A stretch of DNA of 64,000 nt, from positions 6,407,824-6,471,823 of the forward strand of contig MU054391.1 in NCBI GenBank assembly GCA_013239625.1, in the 5' to 3' direction. Each line of letters starts with the position of its first letter. The first letter of the stretch is position 1. The DNA is from Lama guanicoe. Taxonomy: Eukaryota. The notes beneath the pieces are model-generated. The model was not told where the DNA came from. It saw only the letters and a list, made by a program, of their open reading frames with translations, and ran no database searches. This document shows, one piece after another, positions 12,063 through 25,146 of this stretch. The position numbers and the translations under genes were made by a program.

Positions 12063-13289
12063 GAATATGGATAGGACAATAGTAAAACTATATCACAACT
12101 TAAAACACTCCTAAAAAAATGAAATGAGCATTCAATGTCTGTTGAATAAATAAATGAATGAATAACTAAATTTAAAATGGTTGAAGCTATATGCATGTTA
12201 TTAAGAAAACAACATTTCATAAATGTTACTGAAATAAATTCATTATTGTTGTCATTAGTATTAATAATATGGGCATTTAACTGTCTTAAATGAACCAGAA
12301 TGTGTTATTGTCTACACTATAGACAAAGTTAAGCTGAACTTTAGATTAAGTAAGGTTGTGTTTTGTTTCCTTATCTGCTCTAGGTGGTGTTGCTCTAAGT
12401 GGTAATACGCGTTATCTTATTTCCACCTAAGATAATAGACTCCAACCCTGAAACCTCCCTTCTATTTCCTTCTCTCCTTTTTTCGTGCTTTATCTTCCAT
12501 TCATCAGCCAAACATTTACTGGAACTATTGCCAGACCTTGTGCACAATAGGAATAAGTCTGCATAGGACATAGTCCACATGGCCAAGGAGTTCTGGAGGA
12601 AGAGAAATCAAGCCAGAGAACTTGGCAGTAAGACAGACTGGAAGATTTCTTACACTTGACCATGAAGACCCTCACTACCTGGGCCCCAAACCAGACCACA
12701 ATAAACACCCTACACCTCGCCCCACATCGTGGGATGCTACCTCACTGCACAGTTCCTCTTTCAATCACACACTTACACGTTATAAGTAATACCAAATACA
12801 CACGTGCAGGCATTTCCAGTCTGTCTGAAGTAGCTACTGGGGAGTGTTTACCATATAGAATCCTTTGAGTAAGAACAAATGTTTACTGAGAATGAGCACA
12901 GGCTAATTATACTACACAGAATACAAACCGGTGACCTCTGTACTTGAAAGCTTATCACAGCCTCCACCTTCGTGATGGAACTACTGGCTGATGTAGCAAA
13001 TACATTCCATCAGAGCCTGCAATGCCCTGATCTCAGTGGGTCTCACTGAACATAATCATTTGTTGACTCAGTTTTCAGAATGGAGCAGCTGGATTGTAAT
13101 ATTAGTCAATGTTCTAACTTCTAGGAGCATTCAACATAATCAGGTTATTTAAAAACAACAACAACAACAACAAAAGCCATTGATTTTGGAAGAAAGCAAT
13201 TCACTTCATGGATGACTTGCCCTAGCTGGTCAGAGCTCTGGGGATTCCTGCTCCAGAGAAACAGAGACAATGACAAGTGTAGGACGTGC

Positions 13290-13410
13290 AAAGGGCCCAT
13301 GCAGTCACACAGGGCCCCATGCTCCGAAAAGCCTCAGACCTGGTTTAAAACTCTGCTGTTGCCATCTTGAATTCTTAATAATTTTTGAGCAAGGGGACTC
13401 TGCGTTATTT
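13290..13410. mobile_element. MER91-like hAT relic
   Basis: cacagggccccatgctc...actctgctgttgccatcttgaattcttaataatttttgagcaagggg. Confidence 0.55.
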
Positions 13411-13939
13411 TTCCAGTTCTGTGTACAGGACATGATGGATGTATCAGGGAGGGGCCCCAACTCCTTTAGGTTGTGGGGAGGCTTTCAGAAAACGTAAGGG
13501 ACAAACAAATATCAGGAAATGCAGCTGAAAAGGTAAGAAGGAGCTGGATTATGAACTGGTACATTTCAAGTTAAGGCAACTGGGACTTCATCCGGGAGCT
13601 AGTGAGTTTCAAGCCAGAGTGTCAGGGTCAGATTTGCAAAAGCAGTCTCTCTGAGGCTGGTGTACGAGCTACATTTGTGGGGTCCAGCTAATTAAATAGT
13701 GTTGCAATGATCTAAGTGAGTCATGAGAAAGGCCTGAACCAGCATAGTAGCAGTTGGGACAGAGGAGGAAAATCAGCAGGCTTTAATGATTGTTGTTAGG
13801 GCTAAGGGAGAGGTCAGAGTTAAGGGTGCCTCCCAGTTTCAGGGTCGGGCATGATAGTACACAGCACAAGAGCAGGTTGAGGGGGGATGTGGGAGAACTT
13901 GGAGATAAATAAATAATTCAAGATCTTACCACTAAGACA

Positions 13940-15665
13940 AAAATGCTCACCACATTAATCTATAGATTCAATGCAATTCCAGTCAAAATTTAATCAGGAT
14001 TTTTTTTTTGGTAGAAATTGACAAGCTGATTCTAAAATGTGTTACAATACAAAAGGTTTTTTCGAAATACATTTTTTTTAAAAAAAAGAGGCTGTACACT
14101 GATTTCAAGGCATACTGTAAAATTACAGCAATCAAAATAGAGGGCTTCTGGAGTAGGAATCAACAAACAGATCATGGGAAAGAACAGAGAACCTAGAAAT
14201 AGACCCCAATTTATGTAATCATCTGGTTTTTAACAAAGGCACCAAGGCAATCCAATGAGGACAGGAAATTCTTTTCAACAAATGGCGCTAGGATGACTGG
14301 ATATCCATATGGGAAGAACAGACCCTGAGTTCAACTTCACCTCATACAAAAGAATATGAATTCAAACTAGATCGTAGATCTAAACACCAAAGTTAAAACC
14401 ATAAAGATTTTAAAAGGAAACATAGGAGAATTTCTTGTGACTTGGGGGACAAGCAAAGGTTTCTTAGATCTCCAAAATCCTTAATCATAAAAGAGGAATT
14501 GATAAATTAGACCATATCAAACTTAGAAACTTCTAATCATGAAGAGACATAGTTAAGAAAATGAATAAGCAAGACACAGACTGGGAGAAAATTATTCACA
14601 AAACAGATACCTCACAAAGGACTGGTATCAGGATATACAGAGAACTCCTACAACTCAGTCATGAAAAAAAATCCAATAAAAAAGTGCATTAATGATGAAT
14701 AAACACATGAAAGTGTCCTCTATATAATTAGTCACCAGGGAAATGCAAATTAAAACCACAACCAGACACACATTACCATATATGAAATAAACAACAAGGA
14801 CCTACTGTAAAGCACAGGGAACTATATTCAATTTCTTGTAATAACCTATAATAAAAAAGAATCTGAAAAGAAAAAATATATGTATGTATGTACATGTGTA
14901 ATGGAATCACTTTGCTGTACACCTGAAACTAACATTGTAAATCAACTACACTTAAATAAAAAATTTAAAAAAAAACACCACAATGAGCTGTCACTACACA
15001 CACATCTGAATGGCAAAAATTTTAAATTCTGACCATACTAAGTATTGATGAGGATGTGGTGTGACAGGAACTTTCACACATTGCTGGTGGGTGTGTGAAT
15101 TAGTGCAATCACTTTGGAAAACTAGAGTTATCTACACATGTTAAATACATGTTAATCTCAGGACTCAGCAATTTCACTCCTAGATACACATTCAACAGCA
15201 GTGCTCACAATCTGCTTGCTGAAAGACACGTGCAAGAATGTTCACCACAGCATTATTCCTTAACCCAGAACTTGAGACAGAAGTCCACCAAAATGCACTG
15301 CGATAACCCGACAATGAACACTGTGCACCAATTAAAATGAATGACCCACTCCTCCGCCAAAAACATCGACCCCCACACACATAATGTAGGATTCAAGAAG
15401 CCAGACACCAAAAGAGTAGACAGTATGTGATTCTATGTATAATTAGCAAAACTAAACAATGGCATTAGAAGTCAGGAGAGGCATTTCCTTCGGGAAGTGG
15501 GAGGAAACACCAAATGGGGGAGGGTAAAGGGGGCTTCTGGTACATTACTAATCATCTACTTCTTGACTTGGGTGATGGTTCCATGAGCGTTTCCACCACT
15601 GATTCATTGAGCTATATACTTATAATTTGTTCTCTTTTCTGTATACATGTTACAGGTCATCTTTT
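13940..15665 (+). mobile_element. Old L1M (ORF2 3' half plus 3' UTR) with a younger L1 3' end nested at about 14765-14975
   Basis: Degenerate ORF2 (VEIDKLILK, DFKAYCKITAIK); nested piece flanked by accacaa repeats that interrupt the gaaatgcaaattaaaaccacaatgag motif. Confidence 0.8.
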
Positions 15666-15679
15666 AAAATAATAGATAT

Positions 15680-16170
15680 TAATTTTTAAGCAGTTTTAGG
15701 TTTACAATGTAATTGAACAGAAATGACAGAATTCCCATAAATCCCCTGTTCATACAGCCTCCCCTATTGTCAACATCCCCCCCACCCAGAATATTCTATT
15801 TGTTACAATCCATGAATCTATATTGACATAACATTATCACCCGAAGTCCACAGTTTACATTAAAATTTACATTACATTTTTTCCCCTTTTAGTTTTTTTT
15901 TTTTTAGGTGGGGAGCTAATTTGGTTTATTTATTTAATTTATTTTTAATGGAGGTACTGGGGATTGAACCCAGGACCCCACACATGCTAAGCATGCGCTG
16001 TACCACTTGAGCTATACCCTCCCCATTGAGTTCATTCTTGGTGTTGTATATTCTGTGGGAATGGACAAAATGTATAATGACACGTATCCATCATTATAAT
16101 AATATCATAGTTGTTTCACTATCCTAAACATCTTCTATGCTCTGCCCATTCATCCCTCCCTCTTCACTAC
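15680..16170 (-). mobile_element. L1MC-like 3' UTR fragment
   Basis: gcagttttaggtttaca, cattatcacccgaagtccacagtttacatt, cttggtgttgtatattctgtggg motifs. Confidence 0.7.
15893..16024 (-). mobile_element. tRNA-Ala-derived SINE (vic-1-like)
   Basis: tggaggtactggggattgaacccaggac...gagctataccctcccc; T tract at the 3' end. Confidence 0.88.
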
Positions 16171-17102
16171 ACTTCAAGTTTTAAAAGTTATGAAGAACAG
16201 ATGGTCTGGTGGGAGTGGATGAAATCTCTCTGGGAAAGTGTATAGATGAGGCTTCTTGATCTGGAGACCATGACACTAGGGGGACCCACACACCCCTTAA
16301 TAATATCATATGAAAAGAATCCTATGTATGGGTAATGTGCACTTGCTTTTTTCTCAGAGGAGAGAGCAACAGAGAATCAAAGGGGTCTGAGACCCCACTT
16401 TCCCCAAATCATAAACCTCCAGGGTAGAGCAAGAAGAGAGTGTGGAAAGAATGGAGTCTTGGGGACAACAGGAATAAAGGGAGATCAGAGAAGGGAGCCT
16501 GGAAATGAGGGACTACAGAGAGGATGGAGTTGTGCAAGTCCCCAGAAGGGCGATTGCAGAGGAGAGAATTCATCAAGGTTACCTGGAGCAAGAGCACTGA
16601 TAAACATAACTGCACCTGTTTCCTGGGCTTCCAAATGAGGGAAGGATTGTTTCTGAGGAAGTGGGGAGGGCAGAGTCCGAACGCAGTGGGCTGAGGAGGG
16701 GAAGGCTCCCACCTACACACGCTGTCCCTGACTCAGCCGGGAGGCTCCTCCCACCAGGCATGGCTCTTCCTGTCCCTGCCTGCTCCTCCACCCTTCACAT
16801 ATCTGGGCCACTCTATGCTCTCAGGTCCTGTCAGTTCTCCAGGGAAAGCCCTCTTTGAAGTGGGTTTTCCCAGTTGCTCCCAGTCTCACTCCCCCCCTTT
16901 TACCTTCTTCATAGAACTTTAAAAAATAGGTGAATTTCTCATTCTTATTTACCTGTTTACTTGCCTGTGACCTGCGTTCCACACCAGAATATAAGCCTGT
17001 CGTGGCCCTGGGGTTGCCCCAGCAGTGAGCATAGGCTCAAGCACACAGTAGGTCCCCCACTGTCAGGGGAACGTGTGTGCATGGCTGTCAAGACATGAAC
17101 AC

Positions 17103-17235
17103 GGGGTAGTGTATAGCCCAAGTGGCAGAGCGCATGCTCAGTTTGCAAGAGGTCCTGGGTTCAATCCCCGGTACTCCTCCAAGCAGAAATCAATGAATAA
17201 ACCTAATTACCTCCCCCTCATAAAGCAAACAATAC
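17103..17235 (+). mobile_element. tRNA-Ala-derived SINE (vic-1-like, diverged)
   Basis: gtatagcccaagtggcagagc...gtcctgggttcaatccccgg...aataaacctaattacctcccc. Confidence 0.85.
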
Positions 17236-18515
17236 AAGGACCCGGAGGAGCTCCCTTTGGGAAGTTTAGAAGGAAGAAGAGGGACTGGGGTTGGTAGAGT
17301 GGGGCTTGGAGACCAAGGAGGGTGGTTTAAAGACAGAAGACAATTGAGCTTGTTCACAGGCTGAGGGGAAGGATCCTCTAGTGACAACGTGAGATAAAGG
17401 AAAACCGGGAGAGGACAGTAGGGGAGATGGGGAGGATTTGGGGGTAGCACAGGGAGGGGTGCTGGCCTCTGAGAGGAGGACGTTCACATTCTCTGCACAA
17501 GAAGAGAAAGGTTGCAGTGGGGTGATGGAACGTAAGATGGTGAATTCACAGACCGGCAGAATGAGATGTGATATGACATCCAAGAGCAGCACTTTTTTCA
17601 AGCAAGAGGCAGGGTCGTCTACAGAAAGATGACTGCAAAGCCCGAGGAAGCAACTCCAGCAGAACAGCGATGCTTAACCCAGCTAAACCACCTTCACGGT
17701 CATTTCTCTATGTCTTGCGTCCCCTACCAGCAGGGAAGGTCTCTGAAAGCCAGGATCCGGGCTGGCTTTGACCACCCTATCCCCAGCGCCTTGAACAGTC
17801 CTGGCCCATGGCAGGCGCTCAATGCACGTTTGTTGAAAGCATACACAGGTGAGTGACTGAAAGGAAGGAACAGCCCGGGGAAGGAGGCCAGGTGCCAAGA
17901 GTGTGAGGGCAGCGCTGTGGGGCCATGTCCCGCCCTGCGCAGCTGCCCAGATGTCGGTGGGAAGGCTCACCTTCAAGTAGGTTACGGTTTTGCTGAAACG
18001 AGGTGGAGATGATTCATGGAACGAGTAGAGCGTGACAGAATCAAAGGTGCTGATAAGAGGGAAGTTCAGGCGGTCAGGCCTGGCAGGAAAAGAAGCCAGA
18101 CCGGGAGGAGGCGACAGAGTGGGAGAAAGCAGAGGCGCGTGCGCGCGCTAGTGCGCCTGCGCATGCCGCGTGCAGCCGGGACTGCGGCCGGAGCACGGTG
18201 GGCAGGGGGAGTGGGAAGGCCAGCAGGCCGTGGAGGGAGACTGGGATACTGGTACTTAAGCTTTCAGAGGTGGAGCAGTTTCAGGTGATGACAAGATGCA
18301 GGGCGTGGCCACAGGAGTGGGCCGCTGCAAGGACTAAAGGAAAAGTCCCTGGAGTGGAGGCGACCCAAGAGATTAGAGGCAGGGGATGGACCATGTCCAT
18401 GGAGACACTCAAGCCACCCCATTTGTACTGGACAGAAGTTAGGTGCCCGAGTCCTCATGGAGGAAGGGGGAGGGGCCAGATAATGACGTTTTACTCATTC
18501 GTTCAAGGAATATTT

Positions 18516-18645
18516 TGGTTTGTTTTGGAGGGGTAATTAGGTTTATTTTATTTGTTTATTTCAATGGAGATACTGGGGATTGAACCCAGGACCGTGCTTG
18601 CTAAGTGCAAGCTCTACCACTGAGCTACACCCTCCCCACTCCCCA
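18516..18645 (-). mobile_element. tRNA-Ala-derived SINE (vic-1-like)
   Basis: Full head and body; TSD ttcaagg(a/g)atattt at 18502-18515 and 18646-18659. Confidence 0.88.
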
Positions 18646-20477
18646 TTCAAGGGATATTTATCGTTGATTTGCTTTGCCCCCAGGGTGAACCAGGCAGACA
18701 CAGGTCGTTGCCCGATGGCCCTGGTCATCTTCAAGGACACATCACCACGCACACAGGTGTCTGCTTTCCTGCTTTCCTTCCCAGGAGCAGAGGCTGGTGG
18801 TCTGCTGGAGCCTTGGGGGCGGGGGCTTCACGGTTGGATGTGGAGGCATCCGTTCTGGCAGCATCAATTTCCCCACGGGTGTCCCCATAGAAGGACTCAG
18901 CAGGAAGGAGGAATGTGTGTTTGCCCTGGAAGATGGTTCCAGGGAGCCCTGAGGCCCTGGGATCAGGGGGAGGACCCAGAGCACCCTGGGAGGAACAGGA
19001 GTGAGGAGAGCAGGTGCAGAAAAGCAGGAAGTGAGTGGAGTGGGCTGGGCTGGGTTGCCATCCAAGAGATGATTCAGAAACAGGGTGGAGATGAAATGAG
19101 GGTCCGCAAGGGCTTTCCACACTCACGGACACATGACTCAGGGTCATACCCAACCCAGACCCACAGCACTCTCTCGAGGTTGCACACACCAGTTTCACCA
19201 ACACCTGGAAAGCCTCGCTTTGTCAGTTGATACATATGACTTGCTCCACTCTGCCGACAGGTTCAGCAGGCTTCCGGAAAGCAGAGACCTGCGGGAAATT
19301 CATGCTGCTCTTCCAAGGCGGTTATGTGTACTGAGAATCACTGCTCCTTGATAAGGTTCTTATTTAAAATTCCCTATGATCACAGAGCTCGTTTTCCAAA
19401 TGGTTACTATCACCGTGTCACTCTCACCAAATACATCCACAGAGAGAGAAGGAGGTTGTACAGAGCAGTATACATTTTCACAGGTGCTACCAGGAGTTTT
19501 AAAACCTCTTTAAGAAATTGCCAGGCAGGAGCCTCATTTGAACTCTAGGGAACCGCCCACGATGTCCTCCCTGCCGCCGGCGCAGCCAAGGGGCGTAGAC
19601 TCTTGGCTGGTGGCAGACTCTCCGTGGAGGGAAAGGACAAGGATGACAGGACCGGCCACTTCCTCCACCGTTGTCACCTGTGTTCTCCTGCCTCTGCCTG
19701 CAAACTTCCTCCTGCAGGCCTGCTGGTTAAGTGCAGGTCTCCGGGACCAGGCCAGGTGGAATACCCACAGAGCAAGCCATCCTGAGGACCAGTCCGTGTG
19801 GACACTGTGCCCGCACCAGGGGCACAGAGGTGATTCAGAAGCAGGGTCTAACGAGAGGACCTGGACCATCTCCAGAGCTGGCTACAGGCTGAGGGCCAGC
19901 CAGGGCATGGGCAGCTAGGCTGGGGAGTTCAGGGCCAAGCCCCAGGCACTCCAGGCACCTACACTGTGGCTTGCTCCCCAAAATGCTGGCTGCAGAGTGC
20001 TGAGATCAAACTAGAGGTCAAGTATTCAGAGGATCTGACATTCTTGACCACTGAAGTTATTAATCAGAGCATGGTTCTCAGAATCAGTTTCAGCAATGTT
20101 CATCGCTGTTTATGAATCAAGGGATTATGGCAATGAACATATGTATTTATCAAATCATTAAATATCTGATTGGTGTATTTTAGAAACATCATAATATATA
20201 CCAAGAGGATGATAAGAATTCATGTATTAAACAAACATTTACCAGCAACCTACTTTATGCCAGGCACGTGCTTGGCACTGGAGGTGCAGAGAAGAGTGAT
20301 GAATGATTCCTGCCTTCTGGTAGTAGTACCCAGTCCAGCCAGGAGGACAGAGGGACTGCAGGCTTCCACACTGAAAGCTGTGCAGCTGGATGGAAGAGGG
20401 AAGGCGGGATGAGAATCCAAACAAGAATCTGGAAATGTTTCTCAGGTAGGTCATGCTTGGGCGGCTTTGTTTGTTTC

Positions 20478-21800
20478 TATTTTTTAACAGCTTTATTGAG
20501 AAATAATGCACATACCATACAAGTCACCCATTAAACTGTACAATTCACTGGGGTTTTTTTTTAGTATATTCATAGGGTTGTGCAATCATCACCACAATCA
20601 ATTTTGCATTTTCATCACCCCAGAAGGAAACTGCATACCCAATAGTAGCTGCTTTCCATTTTCCTCCAATTCTTCCCCTATTCCCTGCTCTCCCCTCAAA
20701 CCTAGTCAACTGTTAATTGGCCTTTTGCCTCAATGGACTGGCCTATTCTGGATATTTCATGTAAAGAGAATCATACAACATATAGTCTTTAGTGACTGGC
20801 TTCAATGTTTTCAAGGTTCATCCCTGTTGAAGCATGCATCAGGACCCCCATTCCTTTTCGTTGCCAAATAATATTCTGCCGCATGGATATGGTCACATTT
20901 TATTTATCTGTTCATCAGCTGATGGACATTTGGGTTGTTTCCACTTTTTAGGTGTTATGAATAATGCTGTTCTTAACAATGGTATCCAAGCTTTTGTGTG
21001 GATTTTGTTTTAATTTCTTCAGTATATACCTCGGAGTGGAATTGCTTGGTCATCTGTTTAACATTTAAGAAATTACCAAACTGTTTTCCAAAATGGCTGC
21101 ACCATTTTATATTCCCACCAACAATTTATGAGAGTTTCAGTTTGTCTACATTCTCATCAACACTTGCTGTTTTCCTCTTTTTCTAATTATAGCTATTTCT
21201 TTATCTTTAGTTATACATATGCATACATAGATATATTTCCTTTACAGATTCTTTTCCAATGTATCTTATTACAAGAAATTGAATATAGTTCCCTGTGCTA
21301 TACAGCAGGTCCTTGTTGTTTTATCTATCTCATATACAGTAATGTGTATCTGTTAATTCCAAACTCCTAATTATCTCTCCCCAGCCCTTTCTCCTTTGGT
21401 AACCATAGTTTATTGTCTATGTCCATGAGTCTGTTTTTGGTTTGTAAGTAGAATTTGTGTCATTTTTTTTTAGATTCCACATATAAGTGATATATGATAT
21501 TTGTCTTTCTCTGTCTGACTTACTTCACTTAATATGATAATCTCTAGGTCCAACCATGTTGCTGCAATTGGAATTATTTCATTCTTTTTTATGGCTGAGT
21601 AATATTCCATTGTGTGTATATACCCCATCTTCTTTATCCAGTCATTTGTCAATGGGCATTTAAGTTGCTTCCATTCTTTTATTGTAAATAGTACTGTATA
21701 GCTATTTCCTAACGGCTGTGAAATGGTATCTCATTGCAGTAGTTTGTATTTCTCTAATGACTAATGAATTGATCACCTTTTCATATACCTATTGGCTGCC
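20478..21800 (-). mobile_element. L1MB-like element with a younger L1 3' end nested at 21200-21696
   Basis: acagctttattgagaaataat 3' terminus; nested L1 bounded by perfect TSD tatagctatttc at 21188-21199 and 21697-21708. Confidence 0.85.
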
Positions 21801-21949
21801 TGAGGGCGTGACAGGATAACAGCCAGAGATCCAATGGCAGGATCGATGGATTCTGGTCCCAGTGGGGTGGACAGGTGGGTACTAGGGAAATAAGGTGGAA
21901 AAATGAGAGTGATTGTGTTGGGGAAAAAATAATTCACCTAGTAATTGGG

Positions 21950-22275
21950 GTAGCGACCTGTGTTAGTTAACTGCCTTTATTGGAAAGAAAAATAAAACTA
22001 CTCAAATTTCTATGACAAGCAGTAAACAGGAAGGTATCGTCTTTGATGTTTACATTTCAAAGAGGTGGATCCTAGGCCTTTAAGAAAAACATCTCTGGGC
22101 TATTATGTTGGCCAGAGCTTTTAAAAAGATTTATACACATCTTAAAGGGACAAAGATAGTGTTTACAAATATTCTTTTCTCCAGCAAATGCTCTAATAAA
22201 AGGAAAAGGAGGAAGGGAAAGGCTTCTTTCTCTTTGGGCAACAGGGAAAGCTCAGTTTTTCTATTATTCACCCTT
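21950..22275. mobile_element. Probable ERV1-class LTR fragment (MER31/MER67-like)
   Basis: tttacatttcaaagag, aagatttatacacatct-aaagggaca and agcaaatgctcta-aaaagg motifs resemble this LTR group; family assignment by eye only. Confidence 0.45.
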
Positions 22276-22757
22276 CCAATGGTCGGTGGTCAGAGGGTGA
22301 GACACAGGGCACTAAGACCAGTGAGGGGTCACAGTCGGTGGTACTGATAGCATCCAGGTAAGACCCTGAAGTAAAGGGCAGATGGACACTATCACCGAAG
22401 AAGAAGGGTTCAAGGTAATGATAGACCAGGGGTGGCTGGAATCACTTCAGTATATGGTGCCACCACCAAGCATTTAAGACATGAGAAGGGATGGGATGAC
22501 ACTGAGTGAGGAGCTAAAATCTTTGAGGAACGAGAGAGAGTTACTTGGGGTCTGTAGACCACTATAAAAAGCAGGATGGTGGGTGGTATGTCTAAGTTGA
22601 CTGAAATTGGCACCAGTCATGACCATCTGTAAGCCACGATGCAGGCTTTGGGATTTATTTTAAGTAAGAGCAACGGCAAATGATTAGAGGATTTTAAGCA
22701 GAGGAGTGACCTGATCTGATATGTGTTGCAAACTACCATTCTGGGTCGCAGGGAGAT

Positions 22758-23182
22758 GCATTAGTTTCCTGGGGCTGCCGTAGCCAAGTACCACAAACTG
22801 GAAGGTTTAAACAACAGAGACCTGTTCTCTCATAGCTCCAGAGGCTAGAAGCTTGAAATCAAGGAATCAACAGGGCCATGCTCCCCGTGAAGGCTCTGGT
22901 GCGGAATCCTTCCTCGCCTCTTCCAGCTTGTGGGGGGCTCCCAGCCATCCTGGCGCCCTTGAATTGCAGCTGCATGGTTCCAATCTGTGCCTCTGTCTTC
23001 ACGCAGTCTTTCCCCTGTGGGTATCTGTGTCCTCTCCTATTCCTAACAAATCCAATATGAGGTTGTCTCAATCTCCTTAACTAATTACATCTGCAAAATC
23101 CCTTTTTCCAAATAAGGTGCCTTCCGAGATTCTGGGAGGATAAGAATTTGGGATGGGGTGGGGCACCGTTCCACCCACTACA
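22758..23182. mobile_element. MaLR LTR (MLT1B/C-like)
   Basis: tgcattagtttcctggggctgcc...taccacaaactgg, ccttaactaattacatctgcaaa, cccactaca end. Confidence 0.85.
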
Positions 23183-23490
23183 AAAGATGAAAGTAAAGAT
23201 GATAATAGCCTAAAAGAGTCAAGGGGAAGAAGGAAAGTGGTCAGATTCAAGACACACTTTGGAGATAGAACCCATAGGGCATACTTTTAGGAAGCTACTT
23301 AAATGAAGAACTACAGAATGGCATGGAAACCAAGAAAATATTCTACTTCATGTTTTTAAAAGATTGTAATAAAGCTAAGAGAGCCTTTTTTGGTTGCAAC
23401 AAATATTTGCTGAACTCAATAGTTAAACCTTTGAATGTTTGCTATATGCCAGGCCCATTCCAGGTTCCTTGATGAGGGGGCAGATGAAAC

Positions 23491-23521
<31 letters not shown>

Positions 23522-23544
23522 GATGTTGATGATGATGATGATGA
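23491..23544. repeat. Compound microsatellite, (TAA)10 followed by (GAT)n
   Basis: Directly visible. Confidence 0.9.
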
Positions 23545-25146
23545 AGAATACACAATAAGGAAAAGGTAATTCAAGACACTTAAAATTTAGCAGTCAAGAA
23601 ACAAACAACTGATCATCACGCAAGGTTGAATAATTAGAGACAAGGTTATGCAGCTGATAAAAAGTTCTTTAACTCTGCCTGAACTACTTGGCCTCCTGGA
23701 ACAAAATATTGATCGTGTTCTGCATTTCTGAGAACAGGGGAATATTCAGATACACAAGGGAATATTAGGATCAGGAAAAAGTAACGAAGGAAAAGAAAGC
23801 AGTCTCTTTCTGATTTTTTGAGCTTACAAGCTGGGTAGGGCAGAAGAAGTGACACGGTGGAAGATTTCAGAGCTGGAGATGGGAGGTGGAAAATGTAGAC
23901 ACTGATGCTCTTTAGTAATTGACATCTGGGTCTCTGGATGGCTGTCAATTTTAGTATTACTATTTTGTGTTTACTTTAAACGTCACTTGTTTTATTAAAA
24001 AATTGAAAATATAAAGGTCAAAGGAAAAGAGAACACTTATAGTCCCAGTCTCCAGCAATAGCCTCTTTTAACATCTTGATACCTTTGTGTTCCCATTTAA
24101 GATAGATCTAGATTATATATTATACTTATTCGATTTACATATGATTTCTTACAAAATTGCAATCTTCATTGTGGATTTTCCACTTAAAATTTTATGATTA
24201 TTTCTTATGCAATTTAATATTCCTCCAAAACATTTTTAACAAAAGCATGATTATACCATTATTAACCTGTCCAGTCCCCTTTTGTCCGGCATATATGTTG
24301 TCTCTGATATTCAGCCTTATAAGCATAATTGAGTGACTAAGGATGTCACTCATGTTTAATATACATACCCATTACTTACAGTCTTGTATCTTCAAGACCT
24401 TTTGAAACCACTTGAAACTTCTAAAATAGAATAGGTTTAGAAGAGCAAAAAAATTCCCACTTGGCTTCCCTGGATTCACCAGGCTGTCTCTAGCTTTTCG
24501 GTTCCTTTCTTCAGGTGATCCAAAATATATTCACTGAGCATCTAAGACATTGACAGAGAATGAAGCAAGTGTGGTCCCTGCCTCCCCGAAGCCTATAAAT
24601 CTCTAGGGAAAAGACCAGCATACTAGCATCTCATTCCATTTTTATTGTAACTCTCTAGAAAGAGCTTGACCTCCTCATTTTTTAGGTAGAAGAAACTGGA
24701 GTACAGGGAGATTGGGTACCTGGAAAGGGCACAGCTAATACAGGACAGAACTTGAGACTTGAGGCCAGATCCTCTGAATGCCAAAGCAGAGCTGGAAACA
24801 CCCGCGGGTGCTCTTTGCTGGAGCCCAGAGATTCTTCCTCAAGCACTTGCTGAATGCTCCTTCCTACCAGGTTAACTACATCAAAGACATGTTTGAAGTG
24901 ACTGAATGCATGAGTAACAGGCGGGTCATGTGTCTGCAGCAGGGCAAAATCAGTGTCTTCCAAAGGAAACCTGTAAGCGGAAAAAAGAACTTGGAAACAA
25001 AGGGAGAAAAAGAACCAGAGAGGAGTGGAGCTTTTTAAAGTGGCTGATACTCAGAGCATACTTTGCCTGATGACTCATATGGACCAGTCATTGCGCCATA
25101 TCATTTGATCCCCAGAAAACCCTTATAAGGCAGGGACTATTATTAT

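Noticed and set aside
18580..19230. 216-aa ORF
   Set aside because: Begins inside an antisense SINE at a non-ATG codon; no recognisable homology or splice context
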